26,276 bases of DNA from positions 1 through 26,276 of the forward strand of contig CBFGJZ010000023.1 of assembly GCA_965649215.1 (NCBI GenBank), written 5' to 3'. Under the pieces are notes generated by a model, which made no database searches, had not been told where the DNA came from, and saw only the letters and a list, made by a program, of their open reading frames with translations. The position numbers were made by a program, and so were the translations under genes. This DNA is from a candidate division WOR-3 bacterium. Its GTDB lineage: Bacteria; Hydrothermota; Tepidihabitantia; Tepidihabitantales; CAIPLT01. This document shows positions 1 to 9,132 of this stretch, piece by piece. Position 1 is the first letter of the stretch; each line of letters opens with the position of its first letter.

Positions 1-99
1 CCTCATTGTATCTGTCAAGTAATATTTAGCACTTATTATCTTTAAAGTGTTCTTCCAACATCGTTGAAATACAAGTTATTAGTAATATAATCCCTAAAA

Positions 100-1815
100 C
101 TATTGGACGATCAATTTTAATCCGCCTTGATTGTCTAATGTCTCGTATGTTAAGAAATAAATACCGCGACTGATGTTGGTCAAGTTAATTGTATAATCAC
201 CTGCTTTAAGATGTTCATTTACCAATGTTTTTACTAATCTTCCTGATGCATTATAAAGTTTAATTGTGACCGTACCATCAAACCGCAAAGTATAATAAAT
301 TGTCGTATGTTTTACGAACGGATTGGGTTTAATCTTTACTACTGAATTATGTGGCAAGTAATCATCTTGACTATAAGGCAAGTAATCATCTTGACTATAA
401 ATCGCTGGTTGGGACTGAGCATATTTAATTACGACCCAGTCAATATAAGTTCCCAAACCTCTGCCATAACCAGCAACATAAACATTATTGGCATTATCAA
501 CCGCAACCGATTGTCCTTGATGGATAGTATCAATATTCGGATGATTATAACGGGCTTGCCAAAGCAGATTACCATTCGCATCATATTTCAGAGTTAAGAT
601 ATCTGTATAAGAAGTATAAGGAGCACCAATATAAGTACTCCGACCCGTGAGATAAATATTACCAGCATTATCAAATGTGATGCCATTTTGCCCATCTTCA
701 CTGGGACAATTTTCATAACTGGCAAGCGTATCTTGGACTACCGCAGGTCCATTATAGGTTCTTAACCACACTTGATTACCACTTATCGCATCGTATTTTA
801 TCAGACATAAATCCTGGCTGCGGACATTGGCAGGTGTATAAATTGTGCCATAAACATAAACATATCCATTCCCGCTTAATCTTATCCACCACCCACCATC
901 TGCTAAATTATAAGAACCATCATAAGTTCTTACCCAAACTGTGTCGCCCATTGCATTGTATTTAATTGTAGTAATATCTGTGTTCATGCCAAGATTGTTT
1001 GCCGCACCCGTAATATAAACATTACCCAAAGCATCAGCGACAATATCACGACCATAATCACTGCTATTAGCAGTACCATTATATCGTCTTGACCAAATTT
1101 CATTACCATTTGCCGGGTCATATTTAATAGTTACGATATCTGCATTACCTGTTGAAGTTGCATTGGAATAACCTGTCACATAAACACCAGTTTCATTAAC
1201 AAATATTGCATAACCTTGGTCCGCACCGCTTACACCACCATCATAAAATGCTTCCCATTGAAAGGCACCATTCGTATTATATTTCAAAGTTACAATATCA
1301 TAAGAACCATAACCAGTTCGTGCACCATAACCAGTTACATAAACATTTTCTAATGCATCAATTGCAATTCTACGGGCAAAATCATAACCACCGCTGCCCG
1401 GCGCATCATAAGTTCGAGTCCAAATCGAATCTCCAGTCTGGCCATTAAGTTTTACAATCAGATAGTCTCCCGCATTATAACCCATTGTATAGCCACAGAG
1501 ATAAACATTTCCTGAGCGTGCTACGGCAATAGAACTGAAGCGTTCCGCATAATTACCACTGTTATATTCATAAGTCCATAGCAAATTACCATTGGTATCA
1601 TACTTTTTTACCAGGGCATTACTACTCTGATTGGTGATCGTATGATGACCTGCGACATAAACATTACCAACACTATCAATGGTCATTATATAAGCATAAT
1701 CTGCCACTGCACCTGCTGAAGTGTATCTTCTGGTCCAAACAGTATCAACTTGCGCTGAGGCTGAAGCGATTATAACTAACATAATTACTATAAAACATGT
1801 TTTGTTTTTTAGCAT
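100..1815 (-). CDS. Secreted beta-propeller (SBBP-like) repeat protein with C-terminal T9SS/Por secretion-tail-like domain
   Basis: N-terminal signal peptide (MLKNKTCFIVIMLVIIASASA-Q). Repeated DxxGNVYVxG...KYDxNGNxxW units. C-terminal PNPF...IYYTL...KLYNASGRLVKTL...GIYF...KLIVQ tail. ATG at 1815 preferred over TTG 1827 because GGAGGGAG lies just upstream. Confidence 0.85.
   Translation of the reverse strand: MLKNKTCFIVIMLVIIASASAQVDTVWTRRYTSAGAVADYAYIMTIDSVGNVYVAGHHTITNQSSNALVKKYDTNGNLLWTYEYNSGNYAERFSSIAVARSGNVYLCGYTMGYNAGDYLIVKLNGQTGDSIWTRTYDAPGSGGYDFARRIAIDALENVYVTGYGARTGYGSYDIVTLKYNTNGAFQWEAFYDGGVSGADQGYAIFVNETGVYVTGYSNATSTGNADIVTIKYDPANGNEIWSRRYNGTANSSDYGRDIVADALGNVYITGAANNLGMNTDITTIKYNAMGDTVWVRTYDGSYNLADGGWWIRLSGNGYVYVYGTIYTPANVRSQDLCLIKYDAISGNQVWLRTYNGPAVVQDTLASYENCPSEDGQNGITFDNAGNIYLTGRSTYIGAPYTSYTDILTLKYDANGNLLWQARYNHPNIDTIHQGQSVAVDNANNVYVAGYGRGLGTYIDWVVIKYAQSQPAIYSQDDYLPYSQDDYLPHNSVVKIKPNPFVKHTTIYYTLRFDGTVTIKLYNASGRLVKTLVNEHLKAGDYTINLTNISRGIYFLTYETLDNQGGLKLIVQ
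353..400. repeat. Perfect 2 x 24 bp tandem duplication (YSQDDYLP x2 in the protein linker)
   Basis: ggcaagtaatcatcttgactataa at 353-376 and 377-400. Confidence 0.97.
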
Positions 1816-1883
1816 AACTCCCTCCAACTATATTTTAAGTAGTTACTAAAAACCATAACATCTTTTATTTGTAATGTTTGTCT

Positions 1884-1912
1884 ATTTTAAATAAAAAAAC
1901 TCAATTTATCAA
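1884..1912 (-). promoter_or_regulatory. Putative sigma70 promoter for the beta-propeller gene
   Basis: Minus strand TTGATA (1912-1907), 17 bp spacer, TAAAAT (1889-1884). Confidence 0.5.
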
Positions 1913-1923
1913 GATATAAGATT

Positions 1924-2727
1924 CTAATTTTCGCCCACATTGTCGTTTAACTCTTTATCTAAAAGATTACGAAAATGACGATGTGAAATATAGTGATCGG
2001 CTAACAATTTACCATTATAGATTAAATTAAAAGTCGCATAGACTGATGGTGCATTTTGAGCTTTCTGGGCGTTTCTAATTTCATAAACTTTAAGTGGACA
2101 ATTATATTCTTTGGCAATCTCTGTCATACCTTTAATCCCGCGCGCAACCCATGGACATTGATTAGAATAAATAATATTCAATCCTTTATATCGTCTTAAG
2201 CTCAAAGTGCTTTTTTGAAATCTAACCGTTCCTGCTTTTCGAAAACTCTTGACCAATAAATCATAACTTGGTTTTTGCGAATCAACAATCTTAAAGCCAA
2301 GTTTTTTGTATAAATCTTTACTTGCCATAAATGGACCATTGCTACTCATGGCAATCACACCGGCTTTTTTCTCTTTTTGGGCTTCTTCTAAAACCTGTTT
2401 GATTAACAACGAACCATAACCTTTCCGTTTATTATTATCGCCTGACACCCAAATACAATGGATAAACAAATAATTTTTAGCTTTCACTCCCCGCCACGCA
2501 TATTCTGAGGGTATGTATTCAATAAAACCAATACACTTATCTGATTGTTCGGCATACAATAATTTTATCTTTAAACCGTTACGAAACTGTCTTTTAATCC
2601 ATTTTAATTTCTTTTTATAACCATCATTATCAGTTTGCATAAAACAAGATGGCGGATATGTTGTGATGTTCTTATGATTAATATCAATTACTCTAACACT
2701 GCTTTCATTTATCACATTAAACTCCAA
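1924..2727 (-). CDS. GNAT N-acetyltransferase with C-terminal YoaP-like domain
   Basis: GFIEYIP..AWR, IHCIWV, acetyl-CoA motif KRKGYGSLL, C-terminal YSNQCPW...AQNAP...YNGK. Confidence 0.8.
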   Translation of the reverse strand: MEFNVINESSVRVIDINHKNITTYPPSCFMQTDNDGYKKKLKWIKRQFRNGLKIKLLYAEQSDKCIGFIEYIPSEYAWRGVKAKNYLFIHCIWVSGDNNKRKGYGSLLIKQVLEEAQKEKKAGVIAMSSNGPFMASKDLYKKLGFKIVDSQKPSYDLLVKSFRKAGTVRFQKSTLSLRRYKGLNIIYSNQCPWVARGIKGMTEIAKEYNCPLKVYEIRNAQKAQNAPSVYATFNLIYNGKLLADHYISHRHFRNLLDKELNDNVGEN

Positions 2728-2754
2728 TCCTTATAATTTTTATTTTAATAAATT

Positions 2755-2783
2755 ATTATACTTAAATTACAAACCACGGACAA
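2755..2783 (-). promoter_or_regulatory. Putative sigma70 promoter for the GNAT gene
   Basis: Minus strand TTGTCC (2783-2778), 17 bp spacer, TATAAT (2760-2755). Confidence 0.5.
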
Positions 2784-2934
2784 GACTTAGCGAATCACGG
2801 GTTCACATAATTATTACCTCTTAAGCATTATCTTCATTATCTCCTATCTCTTTGTCACATTACCACCATTAAGATTCTATCACTCCGTCTCGTAAGGATA
2901 AGAAACCAGCTTTACAAAAGAAAAAATGTCATAT

Positions 2935-3336
2935 TTAAGCGATGGTGGTAATATCTTTCTTTCCGCTTTCGCTAAGCAACTCTAATAACTCTTTAAACTC
3001 ATATCTATCCCGATACTGAAAATATTTAATGAGCGTGGCGACATTAACACCGCAGATAATACCGAGTTTCTGTTCTTTTGTTTGGGATAAGACCTGTCGT
3101 GAAATCGTATCACACGAACCGCCTTGCAAATCTACAAAGATAATCACATCTTTCCCGTGAAACTTCTCAATTGCTGAATTAAGACGGTTTTTTAACTCAA
3201 CTGCAGAACAATTGTTATTGGAGACAATCTCAATATCATCTTGTTTGCCAATAAATTGTTCCACGGTTGTGAGAATAACTTTTGGAAACTCACCGTGACC
3301 AATCAAAATACCGCAAACTCTCTTATTCAATGTCAT
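2935..3336 (-). CDS. PTS mannose/fructose-family EIIA component
   Basis: ILIGHG (phospho-His), IFVDLQGGS, GVNVATLI. The likely start MTLNKR at 3336 overlaps the hprK stop by 14 bp (the ORF track extends to 3369). Confidence 0.8.
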   Translation of the reverse strand: MTLNKRVCGILIGHGEFPKVILTTVEQFIGKQDDIEIVSNNNCSAVELKNRLNSAIEKFHGKDVIIFVDLQGGSCDTISRQVLSQTKEQKLGIICGVNVATLIKYFQYRDRYEFKELLELLSESGKKDITTIA

Positions 3337-4345
3337 AATCCACCCACGGGTCAATTTTACTAACTTCATTTGATTTCTTATTCATCACGCGTAAGAGCTC
3401 TTCGTTAAATGCTTTGGCTGGCGAATAACCAAGAATCTTTAACAGATAATTTTTCGCAATCACTTCACAAACTAATGCTAAGTTCTTTCCTGGAATAACG
3501 GGAATTTGCACTAATGGTATTTTCACACCTAAAATTTCCGTATAGCGATCTTCTAAACCAATCCGTTCATAATCCAATTGTTCGCTATAACGCACCAACT
3601 CAACTTGAACTTCTATCCGTTTTTGCATCCGCACTGAGCGAATTCCGTATAACGCATAAATATCAACAATTCCAACGCCTCTGATTTCAATATGATGTTG
3701 CAATTTAGCACTTCTTGCCGCACTCTGTCCCATAATAATCACTTCACTACGGCGCAGCACTTTAATCAAATCATCAGCGACTAGGCGGTGTCCGCGCTCA
3801 ACCAAATCCAACGCACATTCACTTTTTCCAATTCCCGATTCCCCAACTAACAAAAGCCCAACTCCGTAAACATCAACCAAGTCCCCGTGCACATAAGTTT
3901 CAGGTGCTAACTTATATTCCAGATAAGCTGAAAGCATATGAATAAAAAGAGTCGTATCCAAAGAAGTTCTTAATACGGGTACTTTTAACTTATTTGCAAT
4001 CGCAACTAATCCGGCAGGTACATCCAATCCTTTGGCGATAATAAAACAGGGTGGTGTAAAACTAAACACTCTACTGATTGCCTTTTTCCGCTCGGCGGCA
4101 GTTAAGGTTTTTAAATAAGACAATTCCGTACTTCCTAAAATCTGAATGCGTTCTTTTAAAAACTTTTCTGTATAACCTGCTAATGCCAAGCCCGGTCGAT
4201 TTATATCAGCAGTAATCAATTTACGGATTGTCAATCCTTCGGCACCGGCTAATAATTCCAGTTTCAAATCGATACTTTTTTCGTCCAATAAAGTCTTTAC
4301 CGTAATTGATTTAGCCTTAGACTCTTGATTATTAACTTTCTCCAT
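3323..4345 (-). CDS. hprK: HPr(Ser) kinase/phosphatase
   Basis: RPGLALAGY, HGDLVDVYGVG, Walker A GESGIGKSECALDLVERGHRLVADD, IEIRGVGI, IPVIPGKNLA. Confidence 0.97.
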   Translation of the reverse strand: MEKVNNQESKAKSITVKTLLDEKSIDLKLELLAGAEGLTIRKLITADINRPGLALAGYTEKFLKERIQILGSTELSYLKTLTAAERKKAISRVFSFTPPCFIIAKGLDVPAGLVAIANKLKVPVLRTSLDTTLFIHMLSAYLEYKLAPETYVHGDLVDVYGVGLLLVGESGIGKSECALDLVERGHRLVADDLIKVLRRSEVIIMGQSAARSAKLQHHIEIRGVGIVDIYALYGIRSVRMQKRIEVQVELVRYSEQLDYERIGLEDRYTEILGVKIPLVQIPVIPGKNLALVCEVIAKNYLLKILGYSPAKAFNEELLRVMNKKSNEVSKIDPWVDYDIE

Positions 4346-4346
4346 T

Positions 4347-4655
4347 CTAACTGACCCTATTTATCCGTTTCTTACTCTTTAACTTACCATCAAATGATTT
4401 CAATTGCTTTAATAATTTATCTGCCAGTTGCGTGATTGCCAAAAAAATATCATGCGACTGTGTTTTCGCAATTAAAAAACTACCACGCAAACTCACCTTA
4501 CCTTCGGCAATTTTCAAACTACCTTCATTGCTCAAGACAATATCAACCTTAACAATCAAATTATCAAAAACATTCAATTTCCGAAACTTCTTTTCAGTGA
4601 ACTCTCTAATCTCATCAGTCAGTTCAAAATGTCGAGTTGTGATATTAAAAATCAT
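4347..4655 (-). CDS. hpf: Ribosome hibernation promoting factor / RaiA family
   Basis: ITTRHFELTDEIREF..KK..KL and DIFLAI...DKLLKQL. GGAGG RBS. Usual position upstream of hprK. Confidence 0.85.
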   Translation of the reverse strand: MIFNITTRHFELTDEIREFTEKKFRKLNVFDNLIVKVDIVLSNEGSLKIAEGKVSLRGSFLIAKTQSHDIFLAITQLADKLLKQLKSFDGKLKSKKRINRVS

Positions 4656-4691
4656 TTCGCCCTCCTTCTATACCATTTATAACCATAAGAA

Positions 4692-4750
4692 AATATACTC
4701 AATTCCATCGCAAAAGTCAAGTTGACAATTAACATCTCCTAATTTATACT
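4692..4750. promoter_or_regulatory. Back-to-back divergent sigma70 promoters (hpf operon and M20 operon)
   Basis: Plus: TTGACA 4722-4727, 17 bp, TATACT 4745-4750. Minus: TTGACT 4720-4715, 17 bp, TATATT 4697-4692. Confidence 0.7.
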
Positions 4751-4777
4751 AATCCATAAAACAGAGAAAGGAATAAT

Positions 4778-6031
4778 ATGTGGCAACGAAGAGAATGGCA
4801 AAAAATAAGTGAAGTATTAGATGAAATGCAATCCTGGATGATTCAAATGCAAAGCGAATTGACTTCACGGGTTGCAATTGGTCCAACTAATGGCGGTGAC
4901 GGCGAAAAAGAAAAAGCCCAATACCTAATCTCAATACTAAAAGAAATCAATTTAGAAATCAATGAATATAATGCTCCCGACTCGCGGGTTTCAAGTGGAT
5001 ATCGCCCAAACATAATTGCTCGCTTTGCTGGAATCCATCCCAAACCAAAAATCTGGATTATGACCCATCTTGATGTGGTTCCGAGCGGTCCCAAGGAATT
5101 ATGGCAAACCGATCCGTTTCAAGTTAGCGTTGTTGACAATAAAATTTATGGACGTGGGACCGAAGACAATCAGCAAGATATGGTCGCATCAATTGCTGCA
5201 GTTAAAGCCCTAAAATCACTCGGATTCAGGCCTAATTATGATATCAATCTAATCTTTGTTGCGGATGAAGAAACCGGCAGTCAATATGGAGCTGCTTATT
5301 TGCTTAACACCGTTCCTCATTTATTTTCACCTGACGATATCTATATCATCCCTGATGCTGGTAATGAAGACGGCACTTTATTAGAAGTTGCAGAAAAATC
5401 AATCTTTTGGATTAAATTCACAGTTAAAGGCAAACAAGTTCATGCGGCAGCCGCTCCAAAAGGCATCAATGCCCATCGCGCTAGCGCCTATTTAATTGTT
5501 TCTTTAGATAAAATGTTTAAGAAAAAATATCGTAAGAAAGATTCCTTGTTTTCACCACCAATAAGTACAGCCGAACCAACTAAAAAAGAAGCTAATGTAC
5601 CTAATATCAATACAGTTCCTGGCGAAGATATCTTTTATTATGATTGCCGGATAATTCCAGAATACAATATTCACCAAGTGCTGGCGGATATAAAAACCGA
5701 AGTTAGTAAGATTGAACAGAAATTCGGCGTTTCCATCCAGTTAGATTTTCCCCAAGCTGAACAAGCTGCTCCACCTACATCACCAAATGCCGTGGTCGTA
5801 AAAATGTTAAAAAAAGCAATTAAGCAGGTTTATGGTGTCACCGCTAAACCAAAGGGAATTGGCGGCGGTACTGTCGCGGCATTTTTTAGAAGACTGGGTT
5901 ATCCTGCAGTGGTCTGGGCAAAATTTGCTGATAATGCTCATAAACCTAATGAATACTGCTTAGTCGAAAATATGCTTAACGACGCAAAAGTTTTTGCTTA
6001 TCTGGCTGGAATGGAAATTGACAAAATATAA
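4778..6031 (+). CDS. M20 family metallohydrolase (ArgE/DapE-like)
   Basis: Metal-binding motifs HLDVVP, GRGTEDNQ, ADEETGS, GGGT and AHKPNE. AAGGA RBS. Confidence 0.9.
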   Translation: MWQRREWQKISEVLDEMQSWMIQMQSELTSRVAIGPTNGGDGEKEKAQYLISILKEINLEINEYNAPDSRVSSGYRPNIIARFAGIHPKPKIWIMTHLDVVPSGPKELWQTDPFQVSVVDNKIYGRGTEDNQQDMVASIAAVKALKSLGFRPNYDINLIFVADEETGSQYGAAYLLNTVPHLFSPDDIYIIPDAGNEDGTLLEVAEKSIFWIKFTVKGKQVHAAAAPKGINAHRASAYLIVSLDKMFKKKYRKKDSLFSPPISTAEPTKKEANVPNINTVPGEDIFYYDCRIIPEYNIHQVLADIKTEVSKIEQKFGVSIQLDFPQAEQAAPPTSPNAVVVKMLKKAIKQVYGVTAKPKGIGGGTVAAFFRRLGYPAVVWAKFADNAHKPNEYCLVENMLNDAKVFAYLAGMEIDKI

Positions 6032-6058
6032 AATCAAATGAGCGATTGTTAATAATTT

Positions 6059-6412
6059 ATGACTCTTGTTGATATTATTGAACCAGACTCAATTTCTTTT
6101 AAAGATGCCCGGGTGACGCGGGGCGAAGCAATTTCTTTTTATATTAAGCAAAATATTGATGTTAATAATGCGCTCCAAGTTATTATCAATGACTTAAAAC
6201 AATTTATGAGTAAAGCTACGGGTAAACTTTACACGCATAGTCGCGAATCATATAGTAATTCTTATCGTATTTCAGAACCCGGTCGGATTAGTTACGGCGT
6301 AAAAGTCAGTGCAGATAATCTGCAAATTACTATTCAAGCCATTGCTATTTTAGAAGATATCACACTCCTTAAAAGATATTATCAACGTATAAAAAAATTA
6401 ACCGAGACTTAA
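6059..6412 (+). CDS. Hypothetical protein
   Basis: 117-aa ORF filling the gap between co-directional genes. No recognisable motif. Confidence 0.65.
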   Translation: MTLVDIIEPDSISFKDARVTRGEAISFYIKQNIDVNNALQVIINDLKQFMSKATGKLYTHSRESYSNSYRISEPGRISYGVKVSADNLQITIQAIAILEDITLLKRYYQRIKKLTET

Positions 6413-6445
6413 GATATAATCACAATGAAAATATTACAATAAATT

Positions 6446-7531
6446 ATGGATAGTCATCCTTCTGAAATCTTTCCTTTTGATTTTAATGAGATAAGCCAAT
6501 ATTTACAAATTCATAAAATCGGTTTTAATTATCTGGAAGGTAAAATTAATGAACCTATATCGTCTAATATCCAACACTTAACAGTTTTTTTCCAAAATAA
6601 CGGTTATACAGCTTTTTTTACTCAGAATAAAAATTCGTTTAGTCCTCATCTCATAAAATTAAATCCTTTGATAATTAGTCAAGTTAAAGAGCAGTTACAG
6701 ATTAAAAGTTTAATTCTCTCATTATCATTATTTCTATTAACGCTTGTTAGTACTTTAACGATTGGCTCATTAAATCGAGGGGGTAATCTTTTTCATAATT
6801 TCAAAGATATCTTTTTAGGAATTCCATTTTCTTTTTCATTGTTAGTCATTTTAAGTGGCCATGAGTTAGGTCATTACTTTGTTGCTCGTAAAAATAAAGT
6901 CTCAGTTTCACTGCCTTATTTTTTACCAATTCCTCATCCTTTAATTGGCACAATGGGTGCTTTTATTAAAATCAAATCTATAATCCCTAATCGTAAGGTT
7001 TTAATCCGAATTGGTATTGCCGGTCCGTTAATCGGTTTTATCATAACGATTCCAATAACGATTATCGGTATCAAACTTTCAAAAATAACTGAAATTCCAC
7101 AAACTGAAACCGTTTTTCGATTAGGCTCGTCACTCTTATTCTTTTTATTCACTAAAATCATTCATTCCTCTTTGCCTTCGGGATATGATATTGTACTTCA
7201 TCCGATGGCTTTTGCTGGTTGGTTAGGAATGTTTATTACTGCTATTAATCTTTTACCTTTAAGCCAACTTGATGGCGGACATATTGCCTATGCCATTCTT
7301 GGTAAAAAACACAAGTATCTTATTATCTCCCTCCTTGCGCTTTTAGGATTTTTAGGGATAATTTGGCCTGGTTGGTTTTTCTTGATTTTACTTATTTTAG
7401 TTTTTGGCTTAGCACATCCGCCGGCTCAAGACGAAATTACCCCAATCAATAAGAATGATAAGATTTTAGCAATCATAGGATTAATAATCTTTGCTTTAGC
7501 ATTTATACCAAATCCATTTCCAATTAAATGA
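6446..7531 (+). CDS. Site-2 protease family (M50) intramembrane metalloprotease
   Basis: HELGH zinc motif, GIAGP, NLLPLSQLDGGH, multiple TM segments. Confidence 0.92.
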   Translation: MDSHPSEIFPFDFNEISQYLQIHKIGFNYLEGKINEPISSNIQHLTVFFQNNGYTAFFTQNKNSFSPHLIKLNPLIISQVKEQLQIKSLILSLSLFLLTLVSTLTIGSLNRGGNLFHNFKDIFLGIPFSFSLLVILSGHELGHYFVARKNKVSVSLPYFLPIPHPLIGTMGAFIKIKSIIPNRKVLIRIGIAGPLIGFIITIPITIIGIKLSKITEIPQTETVFRLGSSLLFFLFTKIIHSSLPSGYDIVLHPMAFAGWLGMFITAINLLPLSQLDGGHIAYAILGKKHKYLIISLLALLGFLGIIWPGWFFLILLILVFGLAHPPAQDEITPINKNDKILAIIGLIIFALAFIPNPFPIK

Positions 7532-7562
7532 ATAATATAAAACAATTTAATAAGGAGAAAAA

Positions 7563-8324
7563 ATGTATCCTACTTTAATAAAAGTTGGCAGTTTTCAAAT
7601 CTATTCCTATGGGTTAATGCTTTTCCTTTCCTTTTTGATCGGAACGATGTTGGTTGAAAATCGTGCCCGAAAATTTGGCGTGAATCCTGAAAAGATTACT
7701 AATTTAGCTTTACTTACTTTAATAATGGTTGTGATTGGTGCTCGGCTCTTATATGTAATTTTTCACTTCTCAGAATTTGCCAATGATTTGATTGGGATTA
7801 TTGCTTTTTGGCGTGGCGGACTTGGTGGGTTAATGTTTTTTGGCGGATTTTTATTTGCTTTTATTGCCGGTATTATTTATGTCCAAGTTAACAGAATGCC
7901 CATTTATAAGATGCTTGACGCAATTGCCCCGGCATTGGTATTAGGTGAAGGCATTACTCGCATTGGTTGTTTTCTTAATGGCTGTTGTTTTGGCAAACCA
8001 ACCAATTGTTTTATGGGCATTATCTTTCCACCCCATTCTGCTGCGGGTTATCAGTTTCATATTCCTATCCATCCCACGCAACTTTATTCTTCGCTTGCAG
8101 GGTTTATCTTATTCGGCATAGCTCTGATTTTAGAAAAAAAACATCTTAAAGATGGAGTTCTATTTGGGATAATTTTAGCTTTATATTCACTTTTTAGATT
8201 TGGCATTGACTTTGTCAGGTATTATGAAAACGCTGCCAATTTCTTGGTTAATCAAATTATTGCGCTTGTGCTTTTTATTGGTGCGGTGGTCTTTGTCATC
8301 ATTCGGCTAAGAAATAAAAACTAA
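7563..8324 (+). CDS. lgt: Prolipoprotein diacylglyceryl transferase
   Basis: YSYGLM, IGARLLYV, RIGCFLNGCCFG, HPTQLY, RFGIDFVR. AAGGAG RBS. Confidence 0.95.
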   Translation: MYPTLIKVGSFQIYSYGLMLFLSFLIGTMLVENRARKFGVNPEKITNLALLTLIMVVIGARLLYVIFHFSEFANDLIGIIAFWRGGLGGLMFFGGFLFAFIAGIIYVQVNRMPIYKMLDAIAPALVLGEGITRIGCFLNGCCFGKPTNCFMGIIFPPHSAAGYQFHIPIHPTQLYSSLAGFILFGIALILEKKHLKDGVLFGIILALYSLFRFGIDFVRYYENAANFLVNQIIALVLFIGAVVFVIIRLRNKN

Positions 8325-8329
8325 TCTTA

Positions 8330-9070
8330 GTGACTAAAATTACTTTTAAACCTATTCAATTTTTAATAAATAGTATTCAGGATTTTATCTTCCCGCCACA
8401 ATGTCTGGGATGTAATAAAGATATTGACGAAGGATTTATCTGTAAAAAATGTTATACGATTGTCACAACCTCAGCTTTAATAAATTGTCCGATCTGTGGT
8501 TTACCATACGATCATACTGAAAAATGTTCTCATCCAACACTTAAATATAATAAATCTTCCCCTTTAAAGAGAATTCGTGTTTTAGGTAAATATAAAATGC
8601 CATATCAAAATTTAATCCATCATTTTAAATATCAACAAAAAACTGAGGTCGGCAAACTTTTCGGATTTGCTTTAGCCAGATTAATTATCTCGGACCCGAT
8701 TTTAAGCCGTGCCCGTTATTTAGTGCCAATTCCCTTACATCCTGCCCGATTACGAGAACGAGGATTTAATCAGTCCTTGCTCTTATCGCAAGAAATTAGT
8801 TTGAATACAAATCTGGTTGTGCTTGATTGTTTAAAAAGAGTAAAAAACACCAAATCGCAAACCGAACTTAACTTTGCTTTGCGTGTAAAAAATGTTGAAA
8901 ATGCCTTTGCAATCAAACCTGGTTTTTTAGAAATTACGAAGCAAAGTTTGATTATCCTTGTTGATGACGTAATAACAACCACTGCGACAATTTCGGAAGC
9001 GTCCCGAGTACTCCAATTAAATAATGCTCAAGAAATTTCAGCTGTAGCGGTGGCTATGGCCAAAACTTGA
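8330..9070 (+). CDS. comF: ComF family protein (zinc ribbon plus PRTase fold)
   Basis: FPPQCLGC..CKKC..CPIC, VPIPLH..R..ERGFNQS, LVDDVITT. GTG start. Confidence 0.88.
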   Translation: MTKITFKPIQFLINSIQDFIFPPQCLGCNKDIDEGFICKKCYTIVTTSALINCPICGLPYDHTEKCSHPTLKYNKSSPLKRIRVLGKYKMPYQNLIHHFKYQQKTEVGKLFGFALARLIISDPILSRARYLVPIPLHPARLRERGFNQSLLLSQEISLNTNLVVLDCLKRVKNTKSQTELNFALRVKNVENAFAIKPGFLEITKQSLIILVDDVITTTATISEASRVLQLNNAQEISAVAVAMAKT

Positions 9071-9081
9071 CCTAAAGTAAA

Positions 9082-9110
9082 TTGACTATCACGGGCTAGT
9101 TGTTTATGAT
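9082..9110 (+). promoter_or_regulatory. Putative sigma70 promoter just upstream of repeat copy 1
   Basis: TTGACT 9082-9087, 17 bp, TATGAT 9105-9110. Confidence 0.6.
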
Positions 9111-9132
9111 ATTCGCGTTAAAAATTCTTTGG

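Noticed and set aside
6018-6023. TTGACA at the end of the M20 gene as an internal promoter
   Set aside because: No acceptable -10 at a 16-18 bp spacing.
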